A DNA stretch of 63,118 bases, the filler included, from Octopus bimaculoides (lineage: Eukaryota): the NCBI RefSeq assembly GCF_001194135.2. It is 4 parts of 2 records of this genome, joined end to end, with 100 filler letters (N's around TTAATTAATTAA, not from the genome) between each part and the next. Parts side by side here need not be neighbours in the genome. Positions count along the whole stretch, not along the records: positions 1 to 20,642 come from NC_068981.1; 3 more parts are not named here. One strand, given 5' to 3'. The position numbers were made by a program, and so were the translations under genes. Numbering within the stretch: the stretch's first letter is position 1; the number at the start of each line of letters is the position of its first letter. Below the pieces are notes generated by a model. That model was given only the letters and a program-made list of their open reading frames with translations, was not told the DNA's origin and searched no databases. This document shows, piece after piece, positions 1 through 13,769 of this stretch.

Positions 1-126
1 AATATGAATAACCACGACAACAATAACAACAATAACATTCTTTGAAACAAAGTATTATTAAATGAATAGCAAAGAGAGAAAAACACTTCTTCGATTCCAC
101 CGTCACAACTCTACTATCATTGCAGA

Positions 127-560
127 GACCACCACCACCACCACCATCACCACCACCACCTCTACCACCACCAATAACAGAACACCACCACAACTAACAC
201 CATCACCACTACTACTACTACCACCACTACTACTACCACCACTACTACTACTACCACCACCACTACCACTAGCACAACACCATTACGAACACCACCACCA
301 CTACCACTACCACCCCTACCACTACCACCACCACTACCAACACTACCACCAACACTACCACCAACACCAACAACAACATCACCACTAACACCACCGCCAG
401 TACCACCACCACCACCACCACCACCACCACTAACACCACCACCACCATCACCACCACTAACACCACCACCACCACTACCACCGCTACCACCGCCAGCACC
501 ACTACCACACCAGCACCACTAACACCACCACCACTAACACCACCCTCAACAGTACTACAA
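127..560. repeat. Degenerate (ACC)/(ACT)n trinucleotide tract
   Basis: Direct inspection. Confidence 0.95.
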
Positions 561-1916
561 CCCACACCGTTCTTATCCTCCACAATACCAACGACAAACA
601 ACACTGATGACAAAAGGGACGACAATAAAAGAAGCATTAAAAGTGTTTAAAGTGTGTTAAAACACGGAAAGTAATGTATTAACGATTTAAATAAATAATT
701 AGGCACACAATCAGTGGCGTGTGTGTGTTTGTGTGTGTATGTGTATTTCTATGTATCTGCATGTTCGTATATATGTACACACATATACATGTGTATATAT
801 ATATATATATATAAAGAGAGAGAGAGAGAGAGAGATAATACACGCACACATGCATATATATATTTATACATACACATATACATCATCTATCTATTTGCTT
901 GTCTGTCCGCATAATTTATAGGAAGAAAAACAACATATATCGATGTATGTGATCTTGAGAATCCATGAATCGGAAAACACTTTCCACTTCAAAAGCGTGA
1001 TGGATAGCTGAGAATAACGTGACTAAGATATAAATATCCTCAAACATGTAAAAAAAAAATATGTATTCCAATCATCAGCTGCCAAACAGATATCACTATA
1101 GTTTCGACTCCTGGGCAGTACCATTCAATCCAGTGGGGTTAACAGCGTAAAAGCATAGAAGCTGTTTGGGAATCAATAGTAATGAGCAGAAGCGAGATAT
1201 TAGCATGGAATATCCATTATACCAACGCCTGCTTGTTACTACATCTAACAACATTAAAGTCAAAAATTTGCATTAACTCATAATTACAAGACAGTACCTA
1301 TGCAGCAAAGAACTTACTCTCAAGAATAGCATTATGATCCTAAACCTTGCAATGCAAAAGATCAGGCGAACTAAACATTAATAATAAGGGAAAAGTCTAT
1401 TCAACTTCCGATACTCGACATGATGATACTAACCAAAGGAAAACAAACCAAACTTACACATACTTGATACATCGTTAATCAATTCATATCACATCAGGAA
1501 TATATTACACCAAAAACATGCCTAATAAAGACTAGTGAAACAGTCAGTCACATAACCAATGTCTGCGAGCAACGTACAAGGAAAAAGATAAGCATAGACA
1601 CATGTTTATAAAATATGTTTAATACTATGAAATAAAATAAACACGTATATCGCTAATTAAAAGTAAAAAGTATAAATGAATGTGTTTAAAACCTATTAGA
1701 AGTTAAATTAGAATAAATAGTAATATGAAAAACAATGAATATTGGATAAAAACTACATAAAACAAATAACTAATAATATATACTACCTATAAAGCGACTA
1801 AATAATCCAGTTAACTAAACGGATAATGTGTCTGTTACTTGGGAACAACTGAAACAATAAAATAAAAAATGTATATGGAGTTTATAAACATTGAAATCTA
1901 CTGAAACAACTATATC

Positions 1917-2327
1917 CTTTTCTACTCAAGGCACAAGGCACAACATTTTTAGGGAGGTAGGGTAGTCGATTAGATCGACCCCAGTACGCAAGTGGTACTT
2001 AATTTATCTATCCCGAAAGGATGAAAGGCAAAGTCGAACGTAACGGCAGACGAAATACCGCTAAGCTTTTCGCCCGGCGTGCTAACGTTTCTTATTTCTT
2101 TATTGCCCACAAGGGGCTAAACATAGAGGGGATAAACAAGGATAGACAAAGGGATTAAGTCGATTACATCGACCCCAGTGCGTAACTGGTACTTAATTTA
2201 TCGACTCCGAAAGGATGAAGGGTAAAGTCGACCTCGGTGGAATTTGAACTCATAACGTAGCAGCAGACGAAATACCTCTAAGCATTTCGCCCGGCGTGCT
2301 AACGTGTCTGCCAGCTCGCCGCCTTAA
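1917..2327 (-). mobile_element. tRNA-derived SINE family A, composite dimer with 15-bp TSD
   Basis: Reverse complement starts taaggcggcgagctggcagacacgttagc..., has a B-box-like gagttcaaattcc and two copies of the central ctttcatcctttcgg..gataaattaagtacc domain. Flanks tgaaacaactatatc (1902-1916) and tgaaacaagtatatc (2328-2342). Confidence 0.9.
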
Positions 2328-2439
2328 TGAAACAAGTATATCGTAACAGAATTACATATGAGAAAAGGGTGAGTTCTATTTTATCCTTTACTTTGGGGTG
2401 GGGGGTCCAAAGTTCGATCTTTAATAAAGATTCATCATA

Positions 2440-2878
2440 TTAAATTTATAGCTTACTATTGTAAGTAATTTTCGAATATGAAATATTACAAGTATAAGGT
2501 GTGTTGAGAGCATTTATAGAACACGTATTTTATAGAAACTCAACAAACAATTAAAGATGGAGACGAGGTGTTAAATGCTTTATAAATTTTAATCCGCGCA
2601 TGCGATCGTTTCAAACGGTAATATTAACATGTAAAAAACATGGAAAAAATTAGAAATTAATTTAATTCTAATTACAATTAAATTAATTACATATTACCAT
2701 TCTCCTCAGTACGAAAGAAGAATGCATCAAAAATAATGCATCAGAAGAATATTATATTGTTACAGATGAAAGGTTTTTAAAGATGAAAGGTTTTTAAAGG
2801 AGCGGGTGTTAATCGCTTTATTAGTTTCTCAGCTTTTTCGAACCAACGAACCCTGGCAACGCCGGGTACGCCTGCTAG
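2440..2878 (+). mobile_element. Helitron non-autonomous element, 3' end
   Basis: GC-rich hairpin accctggc-aac-gccgggt (2850-2867), then CTAG (2875-78) followed by T. The 5' boundary is uncertain. Confidence 0.75.
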
Positions 2879-3793
2879 TTATATATATCTGTGTTTTTCT
2901 GTGCGTGTGTGTGTGTACTTGTGTATGTGTATGTGTGTGCGGGGTGTTTGTACGTACGCATTTAGTGCGTATGCACGTGTGTCTTACACCTGTCATATAT
3001 ATATATGGCATTTTTATATAAGCTTAAAGCTTATAGCGATCACCGTGCATTGACTAAGGAAAATAGTCTAATAACGGGGAATATAAGCCCTCAACAGAAA
3101 AAGGCTTTTCTATCGACGTGGGACTCGAACCCCCGTCCCTTTATTGACGCGACTAAGTGTGTTCGCACCGAAAGCATATATATACACACATGAAAGGAAA
3201 AACCACTCCGTGGCTTCCTAATATGCTGGAAATAGACACCAAATCGTCTTACCACGAGAATTATGTTTTCAATTTAGCATGACACTAGATGTTTGCGAGC
3301 AAGACAAATGAAAGGAAACAAACAAGGCAGTTAATTCCATACCTTAAGATTTCCCCATTAATAATTAAATGATTATCTCTGGCTCATATATATAATGTTA
3401 CTTAGTCTTTTTCAGAGCAGTCCAAGTGTAACTATGGTTTCGTAACGTATTTCCTTGCCGGTCGCTAGGATACGATTGGGAAGGATTCAATTGTTATTTC
3501 CTGACGGTTAGTCTTTCGATAATGCAACAAATATTTTCGCATAATGAACTATCTGTATATCTTCCCAAACATGGTCTTCTTCATACGAGATGAATTCCTC
3601 AATGTGCGTGCGAATGATGTGTGCTTGTGCAGGGATATGTGTGTGCAAATGTATGTATGAGCGTAACATTATATGTAACCCTCATTTGTATGTTAGTATA
3701 TGTTTGTGTATGTGTCTTGTTTCCTTATGTTTATAGACAGTATACACTTACTGTCTATATATATATAAATGTATATCTATCTATCTATCTATA

Positions 3794-3833
<40 letters not shown>

Positions 3834-4050
3834 CATCTATCTATCTTATTTGAATATTTAGAAGACACCATGAATTGATCTTCTAAAGTTTATGTATGTA
3901 TTCATAGATCTATGCATGTATTTAAGCATGTTTGCATGAATATCAATGCATATGTTATATATGCATGATATTTACATGCATATATGTATTTATATATACG
4001 CATATGTGTATATGTGCATGATGCGTACATACATACATATATATATATAA

Positions 4051-4081
<31 letters not shown>

Positions 4082-5497
4082 TATATACCCACACATACAC
4101 ACACACTGACATACGCATTTACATATACGTACATATGCGTGTATACTACTATATATATGATCATTTTTCAATGTGTACATTGGCATAAATATATATTTAT
4201 ATTTAGATATATATATATATGTATCATATGTATAAATGTGTGTATATATATATATATATATTTATGTATATGAGTGTGTATGTGTTTATGTGTGCGTGTG
4301 ATTAGGTATGTATAATAACAATGGGAGCCTTTCTAAGTGTTATTTTCGTGATTGGTTGGTTGTGTGTATATATATATATATGGGTGAGTGTGAATGCTTC
4401 TAAATTAATATTTACAGTTGTACATATTTTGACGTCTTTAAAAATTAGTCTTCGTGTATGTATATTATGTGTATGTACACAAGTGTTTGCATATCATGTG
4501 TGTTTCTTCATTGTTCATGACCATTGTGTGTTCACAGTTATTTTTGTACGCATTTCTCTCAACTATTTGATGTTCAATTTGTTTATTTAAATGAACGTAC
4601 CTATGCACAGATATATATATATATATATATATATATAATGCATACATTTGTGTATATGTGTATGTGTGTGTACATGCGTGTATGCAAGTATCCGTGTTTG
4701 TCTCTGTGGGTCTGTGAATAGATACGCATATATTGGTGCGCCTGTGTATGCTTTAATATGTGACTAGAAATTGTGTACGCGCGTGTGAGCACTATGCGTG
4801 TCAAACTAGTGTGACTGTATGTGTGTTATGGCATGTATCTGTATGTGTTAATACTAAACACGTGAAATGAAATTCATTTAATTTGATAAGGTATGTTTGC
4901 ATCAGATGCAATATACTTTAATTACACAGACAGAATATGACGACAGCAGGCATGCAATTTCTTTATCATTCGATTTCCTCCGAATTGGCAGTTGCATATT
5001 TGGCGAAACATGGTAATATATATGCAATGCAATCTGTCAGATAAAAAATAGTATATGGTATATATATATATATNNNNNNNNNNNNNNNNNNNNNNNNNNN
5101 NNNNNNNNNNNNNNNNNNNNNNNNNNNNNNNNNNNNNNNNNNNNNNNNNNNNNNNNNNNNNNNNNNNNNNNNNNNNNNNNNNNNNNNNNNNNNNNNNNNN
5201 NNNNNNNNNNNNNNNNNNNNNNNNNNNNNNNNNNNNNNNNNNNNNNNNNNNNNNNNNNNNNNNNNNNNNNNNNNNNNNNNNNNNNNNNNNNNNNNNNNNN
5301 NNNNNNNNNNNNNNNNNNNNNNNNNNNNNNNNNNNNNNNNNNNNNNNNNNNNNNNNNNNNNNNNNNNNNNNNNNNNNNNNNNNNNNNNNNNNNNNNNNNN
5401 NNNNNNNNNNNNNNNNNNNNNNNNNNNNNNNNNNNNNNNNNNNNNNNNNNNNNNNNNNNNNNNNNNNNNNNNNNNNNNNNNNNNNNNNNNNNNNNNN

Positions 5498-5534
<37 letters not shown>

Positions 5535-6369
5535 CGCATGTAATCACAGAATTATATATATAGGCATCAGTGTGTGTGTGTGTGTGTATGTATGCGTGCT
5601 TTTGTGTATTTATGTGTGTGTCTGTGTGTTGGTGTATTCGTGTTTGTGTAGCCTTGTCGATTCTTACCCATGTGTATATACGAGTATATTGATCCTCTCC
5701 TTCATCAATTATAGTCATATACAAATATTGATCATTGTATAATACTATATGTGTGCATAAGATTGTCCGTGTGGACGCATGTCACTGTGTGCTGTGCACA
5801 TGCATGTGTGATTCTATATTTGTGTATCTATACCTGTGTATATAAATATCAGTGTGTGTTGTCAATATGTATAGCACATCAAAACTTTCAACTACAAAAG
5901 GCATGCAGATAACAGCTTGCATTTTAAAGTCGTGAAATAGACTGCAGTTGATGAGATGCATTCTAGATTGGCTAACACATTCAAAAGTTTTTCAAACACA
6001 GCAAATTATTTTACATAATATACCATATGTACTCATGCATAATTTGAATTTAACTGAAAAATTTGGTGTGTTAATTCAAAAGCACGACTAAACTAAAGGT
6101 ATGACGACAAAAAATTTTGTACCAGCATTTAACACCAAATTAGGGGTTAAAATCATACAGGAGGAAATACAGGGATTTCGCTTACATATGGGACTGGATC
6201 GGATTGGATTAGATTAACTATGATCCCTTTTCTGCAGGACAAAGTACTCAGTATGTACTCTCAAGCAACGGAGGTCAGATGTGTAGGCCGTGCATTTGAG
6301 CTTGCCCGCATACTGGTTTGATGAGCCGACTCTGCCACACTGGTTCACCCCCCCCCCCTCCGGCTTTGC

Positions 6370-6570
6370 CAGGGTGAAAATTTTATCCTAATACACAGGA
6401 GTTAAATCGATTACACCAACTTCAGTGGTCAACTGTTACTTATTTTATCGATCACGAATGATGAAAGGCAAAGTCCACTACGGCGGAGTTTGTACTCTGA
6501 ACATAAAGACAGACGAAATTCTGCTTTGCATTTTGCTCTGATTGTTAATGATTCTGCTTGCTCGTCGCTA
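6370..6570 (-). mobile_element. SINE family A, diverged copy
   Basis: Homologous to 2150-2327 (ttattttatcgatc..gatgaaaggcaaagtc..ggcggagtttg..). Confidence 0.8.
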
Positions 6571-6619
6571 ATATCTGTATGTATGTATATATATATGCAC
6601 ACACACACACACACAAACA

Positions 6620-6691
<72 letters not shown>

Positions 6692-7164
6692 TTCAATGCG
6701 GCGCAAATAATTCAGGAGAAAAAATAATTTGCGAAGATATCATTGACTCTGTTATTATCTAGTCTAACAATTTAAAAATGATAATAACAGAATCAATAAT
6801 ATAGGTGATTGCAGGCTCCCCCAAAAGTATTAAGTATCTGAAAGATTAAAATTAATCAAAGGACTTACTAAGTACGTCTACTTGCTGGAAATAACAGTCA
6901 AAGCTCTTATTCAAATAGCCAAAATACACTGATAATAAATACAGAATTCAACCATCCAAAGACAAACGAGCTATGACAATCTCCCAGCGTACATTCAAGT
7001 ATTTCGACTCAGGTGGACCGGTTTCTTCACTGGCTAAATAGCTTCAGCTTCCTCAGCACGCGTTACCATGATAGAGATCCCCGACCCGTCGTGTTAAAGT
7101 CTCCGCTGTAACTGATTCGTAATTACACACACACACACACACACACACATAATTATTATTTACA

Positions 7165-7341
7165 TTATTTACATTATTTACATTCGACGGATATTTGTCC
7201 TCATCTTGTTTGTTGTTAACACAACGTTTCGGCTGATATACCCTCCAGCATTCATCAAGTGCCTTGGGGAAATTTGGAACCTGGGTTCTCATTCCTAAGG
7301 TACTTTCGATGCTATTAATGTTATTATTACTATTTTTATCA

Positions 7342-7395
<54 letters not shown>

Positions 7396-7597
7396 TCACT
7401 GCCCGGAATCGCACTCCCAATCTTGGGGTTAGTAGCCCGCATGCTTAACCACTACGCCATATGTCCGTGGGCAAGGCTGGAGAATATATCAGCCGAAACG
7501 TTGTGTTGACAACAAACAAGATGCGTACAAATATCCGTCAAATGTAAATGATGTAAATAATGTACATAATTCCTCATCTCTTAAATATAGAACTGTA
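7165..7597 (-). mobile_element. Family D: tRNA-headed, (TAA)n-containing element with a Penelope-like 3' end, plus an inverted partial 3' copy
   Basis: Minus copy 7473 to 7165 has an A box (7449-59), degenerate B box, (TAA)n, and a body ending in a hammerhead-like motif. Plus copy 7474-7597 is an inverted repeat of its 3' end plus about 35 extra nt. Confidence 0.8.
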
Positions 7598-7954
7598 ATG
7601 TGTCCATACATACATATATATATATATATATATANNNNNNNNNNNNNNNNNNNNNNNNNNNNNNNNNNNNNNNNNNNNNNNNNNNNNNNNNNNNNNNNNN
7701 NNNNNNNNNNNNNNNNNNNNNNNNNNNNNNNNNNNNNNNNNNNNNNNNNNNNNNNNNNNNNNNNNNNNNNNNNNNNNNNNNNNNNNNNNNNNNNNNNNNN
7801 NNNNNNNNNNNNNNNNNNNNNNNNNNNNNNNNNNNNNNNNNNNNNNNNNNNNNNNNNNNNNNNNNNNNNNNNNNNNNNNNNNNNNNNNNNNNNNNNNNNN
7901 NNNNNNNNNNNNNNNNNNNNNNNNNNNNNNNNNNNNNNNNNNNNTATATATACA

Positions 7955-8012
<58 letters not shown>

Positions 8013-8087
8013 CATATCCTTTTGTGTGTGTATGGGCGAATGCAATTTTTAAAACGCTGTATGTTGAACATTCGGTACATAAGTTGA

Positions 8088-8857
8088 TTATTACCTCCAC
8101 CGAGGAAGGAGGTTATGTTTTCATCGGCGTTGGTTTGTCCATCTGTCTGTCTGTGTGCAAAGCAACTCACAAAGTTGTGAACGGTATTCGATGAAACTTG
8201 TAGAAAAGGTTGTTAATGATACAAGGAACAGGTGATGAAATTTTGGTAGTGATCCGGGAATATCTATGGATTCTTGAAGGATTTTTCATTTGTGATATTT
8301 ACTTTACATGAAGTATTACAATGTTACGTTGTTTGAAGTCTCTCTTTGATTATCTCCCTTGAAAACTAGTCCATGGTTTTCACGTAATCTATGGTGGCGT
8401 TGCTGCTTCCAAAATTTTATATTCGTTTCTCTATTAGTAATTTTACTCGCGTATCCATCTTACTAGAAACTGATGAAGAAAGAGATCAATCTGCATAAAC
8501 AAACTGCAGTGAAACAATTCAGAAATTAAATTGAAACTAACATATTCAAGGGTTGCTAAAAGCAGCAACAGAGGAGGAGGCAGTGGTAGCAACAACTGAT
8601 GTTGGACCCTTGAGGGATGATTGATATTATACTGACCACAGAGCGATGTAAAGTAGGTAGGTAGGTTTAGTTTGGTAAGGTTAGGATTAGGATGTTTTAA
8701 AAAAATCATATAGCTGTGTTATTTTTTTTTACTCCCACCAAGGAGGTTATCCTTTTGCCGCCGTTTGTTTGGGAAATTGGGCGATTTTCAGCATGCGTGT
8801 ATATGGGTGGAAATTAGCTGCTTGGCGGAGGTCTGTGCTCTCCGAGTGCTTTTCTAT
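8088..8857 (+). mobile_element. Helentron-associated interspersed element (HINE/DINE-1-like)
   Basis: Subterminal IRs acctccacc (8093-8101) / ggcggaggt (8824-32), (TCTG)n near the 5' end, 3' hairpin gtgctc-tcc-gagtgc, T-rich ends. A second 5'-end copy lies at about 8730. Confidence 0.75.
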
Positions 8858-9029
8858 CTTATTTTGTTTTATTTATTTTTATTTTTGCAATTCAATAAAT
8901 TAAATAAGTATTGTTTTATGTATTTCTAAGCACAGACACTAAAATAAAATATTTAGCCAAATTTCCACTAGAATCTGTACAATATCGGAGAGTTGATTTA
9001 TCTAAATTTCATATCTCAGTTATTCGCAG

Positions 9030-9050
9030 GAAAACGCCGATGAAGCCTTG
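9030..9050 (+). CDS. Candidate 21-nt symmetric microexon (ENADEAL or KTPMKP frame)
   Basis: Acceptor ttcatatctcagttattcgcAG, 21 nt, then donor TTG|GTATGT. No host gene identified. Confidence 0.25.
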
Positions 9051-10099
9051 GTATGTTGCTTACTTGTGCTTGTTACAAACTGTATCGTTAGAGAAAAACA
9101 ACCAGCTGGAGGCGTAATTATACAAAGAAATTAGCTACTTACATGTTAAAGTGTCAAATATGCAAACGAGGCATAATAAATTTCCAAATTTTTCTTTGTA
9201 TTGCTCTCATCATTTTGCGAGAAAACATATTAAAGTGTATATGATATGAAGGAATCAGAGTTTTTCTACGGATATGGTTGCTGAGAGAATATGGTTAATA
9301 TATTCATATATTCATAATGAATATCTTCCAAAACTCATAAATAAAATTTCACTGATACAGTCACTTAAATTCGTGCGCACTCTCACACACAAACACGCAC
9401 GCGCCCACATATATATTTCAAGTCCCTGTATCCTTGTCCAACAGTTTCCATAAAGCAAAAACGAAAAATATCGCACTTGAAGTTTCTTCGGCAAATCAGT
9501 GCTGTTATGTCGATTCAAATATATAGCCATTGATATAAACTGTTAAAAAAAAATGAAGAAATTGATTAACAAAATATACCGGAGCATACAAAGGTTATGT
9601 TAAAGTAGTGACATCATATAATATATATATATATATATATATACGTTTCAAGCCTACGTTCTTCAACAGAAAGGAACACAGAAATAGACACAGAGAGAAA
9701 ATATAAATGAAAGAAAGGAAATAAAAAGTGAGAGAAACACGTTTATATATTCGTTTTGCAAGATTCTTGATGTGAATTCGTGTGCTGAAACAGATATTGT
9801 TGTATTTGTGAATGGTCATGTTGCCAGTTTACCCAATAAAAACACACGCACTATATATTTGGGGTTCACTTTTTCAGCTTTATTTCATACTAACTGTATT
9901 TCGGCCAAAGATAGATCGTCACATTCTGTGACCTCACCAGTGGTCCTGTGCTTTCTTCTTTCTTTTTTGTCTCTCCTTACTAACGATCTACCATTTTGTT
10001 AGTAAGAAGAGACATATCTGAGAGCTAGCACGGCACCCATCCGGAGAATATATCCCTCTACCACGGTAGCCATCGTCATAATATATCTCCTCTAAACTC

Positions 10100-10162
<63 letters not shown>

Positions 10163-11702
10163 TACGCACACACACACGCACACACACGCACACACACGCA
10201 CACACACGCACACACACACACACACATGTATATTCTGAAACACTGCATAGTCTCGTGTATCTTCGTTGTATTTTCGTACAAGATGGAAGCTAGTACCAAC
10301 ATCCCGTATGGCAGGCGTGATAATTGCTGAGAATTCTAGGCATGAAACCAATGGTGGTCTTGTTAACCAACAAAAACAGCATATATAAAATATTTAATAT
10401 ACGTAAGGAAGGAATCAGTGACTTTATATTTAATGATGGAATATTTAATGCTAGACTAAGTGAATGTTTACTCCTAAGAAAATTTTATGTGCGCTTTAAG
10501 ATATCGATTTAGATATGTTGTTCCCTTTTTTGAAACGTGAGAATCTCTTCTTTGGTGTATCAGGTGTTTGACTGCTGCAGATTATTCTGTGAAAATATGA
10601 TATGAACTGTTGCTTTACGAATGGAGCAGCTTGAGGCGATCCTTCGTCACCGAGTCAAACACTTTCTGGTTAGCCTCAGTGTTGCAAATCCCGCAAATTC
10701 TGTATGCAACGACGCTAAATTTAAATTCTTCATAAAAGGACAAAAGCAAATGTGTAGAACAGTGCCAGACTTCATTTTAGGTCGAGAGAAGGTGGTGTGC
10801 TTCCATTATCCAAGTACAAGTTGCTAGTATATTTCCCTTAACAATTTAAGCCGATTGCAAAATTAGGTGGGCAGAATAAAGGTTGACCTCAGTTACTGAG
10901 TGATAGTGTCACATTGTTATAAATATCAACCATCAAACCTGCCAGGAATCGACTGGTAGTTAGTAGTTTGGTGTATCTTAGAACGATTACTATTAAGGCT
11001 ATATTATAACAATTATTGATCTGGTGATATGAAACTCACTAGAATGTAACGAGAAGCGTGAGTAAAAGAACATCTCGAGAGAGATGCTTCAATAACTAGC
11101 AAAAGATTACGAGAGAGAATATCATTTAAATAAACGTTGACAATCAACAGAATGTTGCTCTAGAGACATGCAACTTTGCAACCCATTATCTAAACAACCA
11201 TTATGAGTTTATATTCCATCGATAGCCATTATCAAGTTTTAGCAATATCCATATATACATATGGATATATATATATATATATATATATANNNNNNNNNNN
11301 NNNNNNNNNNNNNNNNNNNNNNNNNNNNNNNNNNNNNNNNNNNNNNNNNNNNNNNNNNNNNNNNNNNNNNNNNNNNNNNNNNNNNNNNNNNNNNNNNNNN
11401 NNNNNNNNNNNNNNNNNNNNNNNNNNNNNNNNNNNNNNNNNNNNNNNNNNNNNNNNNNNNNNNNNNNNNNNNNNNNNNNNNNNNNNNNNNNNNNNNNNNN
11501 NNNNNNNNNNNNNNNNNNNNNNNNNNNNNNNNNNNNNNNNNNNNNNNNNNNNNNNNNNNNNNNNNNNNNNNNNNNNNNNNNNNNNNNNNNNNNNNNNNNN
11601 NNNNNNNNNNNNNNNNNNNNNNNNNNNNNNNNNNNNNNNNNNNNNNNNNNNNNNNNNNNNNNNNNNNNNNNNNNNNNNNNNNNNNNNNNNNNNNNNNATA
11701 TA

Positions 11703-11737
<35 letters not shown>

Positions 11738-12745
11738 GTATGTATGTATGTGTGTGTGTATTTGTGTGCAGGGATATTTGCTGGCATGCATGTGTAATGT
11801 CGTATGAAATGTGGGTGGTTTCGTATCATTACGTTGCTAATTTGAAATATATTAGGATAATCTTAATAAATACAATCATTTTTTTTTTCGTAAAGGCGTT
11901 TTATGGAATAACCGTGACGTGAAATGTATTATAAATCTGAAGCAATCAAATTTCAATACTTTCCTAAATAAATAGCTTGGTTTAATACTTGTCACGTAAT
12001 ATATGTGGGTACATGTCTGTAATCATGTACACATGTATGAATGTATACGCACACATACATTCATACATACATACATACATATATATGTATAACACGAGCC
12101 TGGAAGTCAACAGGCTTTAGTTGTAGATGACACATACGTTTTGCAGTCATCATTAGATTTAATTTGCAAGGTTTATATTGCTTAATTTTATAGATATAGA
12201 TAATTAGCTGAACAAAACCATGGGAGCTCTTGCACTCGCGTTACGAGATTTTTACCCAAAATACACTAACTAATTTTTGTAATGATAATAAGGTTAGTCT
12301 GGAGAAATGACAGAACTATTTCTTAGTTAAGTTAAATAGGGTAACTGAAATTTTTCAAGGAAACAAAGTGAAATTGAATGAAATGAAACGAGATAAAATT
12401 AAATTAAAATATGATGGAATATTTACCTCATTACATTGAAGATTTCGTGTAGGACTTGAGAATGCTTACTATGCCACTGAATGCATTTCAAGATTTCTTA
12501 CCAATTGCGAAAAATCTAACCTAGATCCAAGGCCCCTTCATTGGAATTTGAACATCAACAAGGCATTTTTTTATCTATGTAGGTACAAAGGCTGTATGAA
12601 AAGTCGTGAGGCTTCATACATACCTCGTATATATGCATGTATGTATGTATGTATGTATGTATGTGTGTGTATGTATGTATGCATGCATGTACGTATGTAT
12701 GCACGTGTATGTGTGCATGTACGTATTTATGTATGTATGCATTGT

Positions 12746-13257
12746 GGAGGCGCAATGGCCCAGTGGTTAGGGGAGCGGACTCGCCGTCGTAGGATCGTGC
12801 TCTCGATTCCCAGACCGAGCGTCGTGAGTATTTATTGAGCGAAAACACCTAAAGCCCCACGAGGCTCCGGCAGGGGTTGGTGGCGAACCCTGTTGTACTC
12901 TTTCACCACAACTTTCTCTCATTCTTTCTTCCTGTTTCTGTTGTACCTGTATTTCAAAGGCATGTCACACTGTGTCACACTGAATCTTCCCGAGAACTAC
13001 ATTAAAGGTACACGTGTCTGAGGAGTGCTCAGCCACTTGCACGTTAATTTCGCGAGCAAGCTGTTCCGTTGATCGGATCAGCGGGAACCCTCGTCAGCCT
13101 TGTCACACTCTGTGTCACGCTGAATCTCCCCGAGAACTACATTAAGGGTACAACTGTCTGTGGAGTGCTCAGCCACATGCACATCAGTTTTACTAGCGGA
13201 CTGTTCCGCTGATCGGATCAGCTGGAACCCTCGTCGTCGTAATCGACGGAGTTCCAG
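12746..13257 (+). mobile_element. tRNA-derived SINE family C with an internal 140-bp tandem duplication
   Basis: A box TGGCCCAGTGG at 12756-66. Units 12963-13095 and 13101-13235 (tgaatct at 12981 and 13121). Flanked by (ATGT)n. Confidence 0.85.
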
Positions 13258-13280
13258 GAAAGTATGTATGTATGTATGTA

Positions 13281-13313
<33 letters not shown>

Positions 13314-13561
13314 TGTATGTATGTATATATGTATGCATGTATGTGTGTGTATGTATGTATATATGTATGTATTTATGTATCTATATATATGTGCAATTTA
13401 CATACATGTATGCATACATGCAGACAAAATATAGTATATGGTTTTGAACTTTTAGAAATTGTAGCTGAATCTTGGTTTTTATTTATTTTTCTCTTGGTCA
13501 ATTAACATATATTCGTTTCATAGTTCAAATGTTTAGAAGTTCGTTCAGGAAGGATTATGTT

Positions 13562-13617
<56 letters not shown>

Positions 13618-13734
13618 GCAGTATGGAATAAAGGATGTTCGTCTACTGAAACGATGGTAACTTAAATTTGAATTACTGGTTAAATTATATATATGTGTGT
13701 ATGTGAGTGTAAGTTGTATATGTATGTGTATGTG

Positions 13735-13769
<35 letters not shown>

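Noticed and set aside
62-637. His/Pro/Thr-rich and Val-rich ORFs, one with a signal-peptide-like start
   Set aside because: Translations of a degenerate (ACC)n microsatellite; no splice or homology support.
1060-1640. Possible very old CR1-type LINE 3' coding remnant (similar case at 25300-25620)
   Set aside because: Only scattered motif resemblance across many stops; cannot be supported without a profile search.
3090-3170. tRNA-like B box ggttcgagtcc on the minus strand (also about 32405-32420)
   Set aside because: No complete cloverleaf; a SINE head relic rather than a tRNA gene.
12584-12629. 46-bp collapsed mariner-like TIR pair
   Set aside because: The arms are too short and diverged for a confident call.
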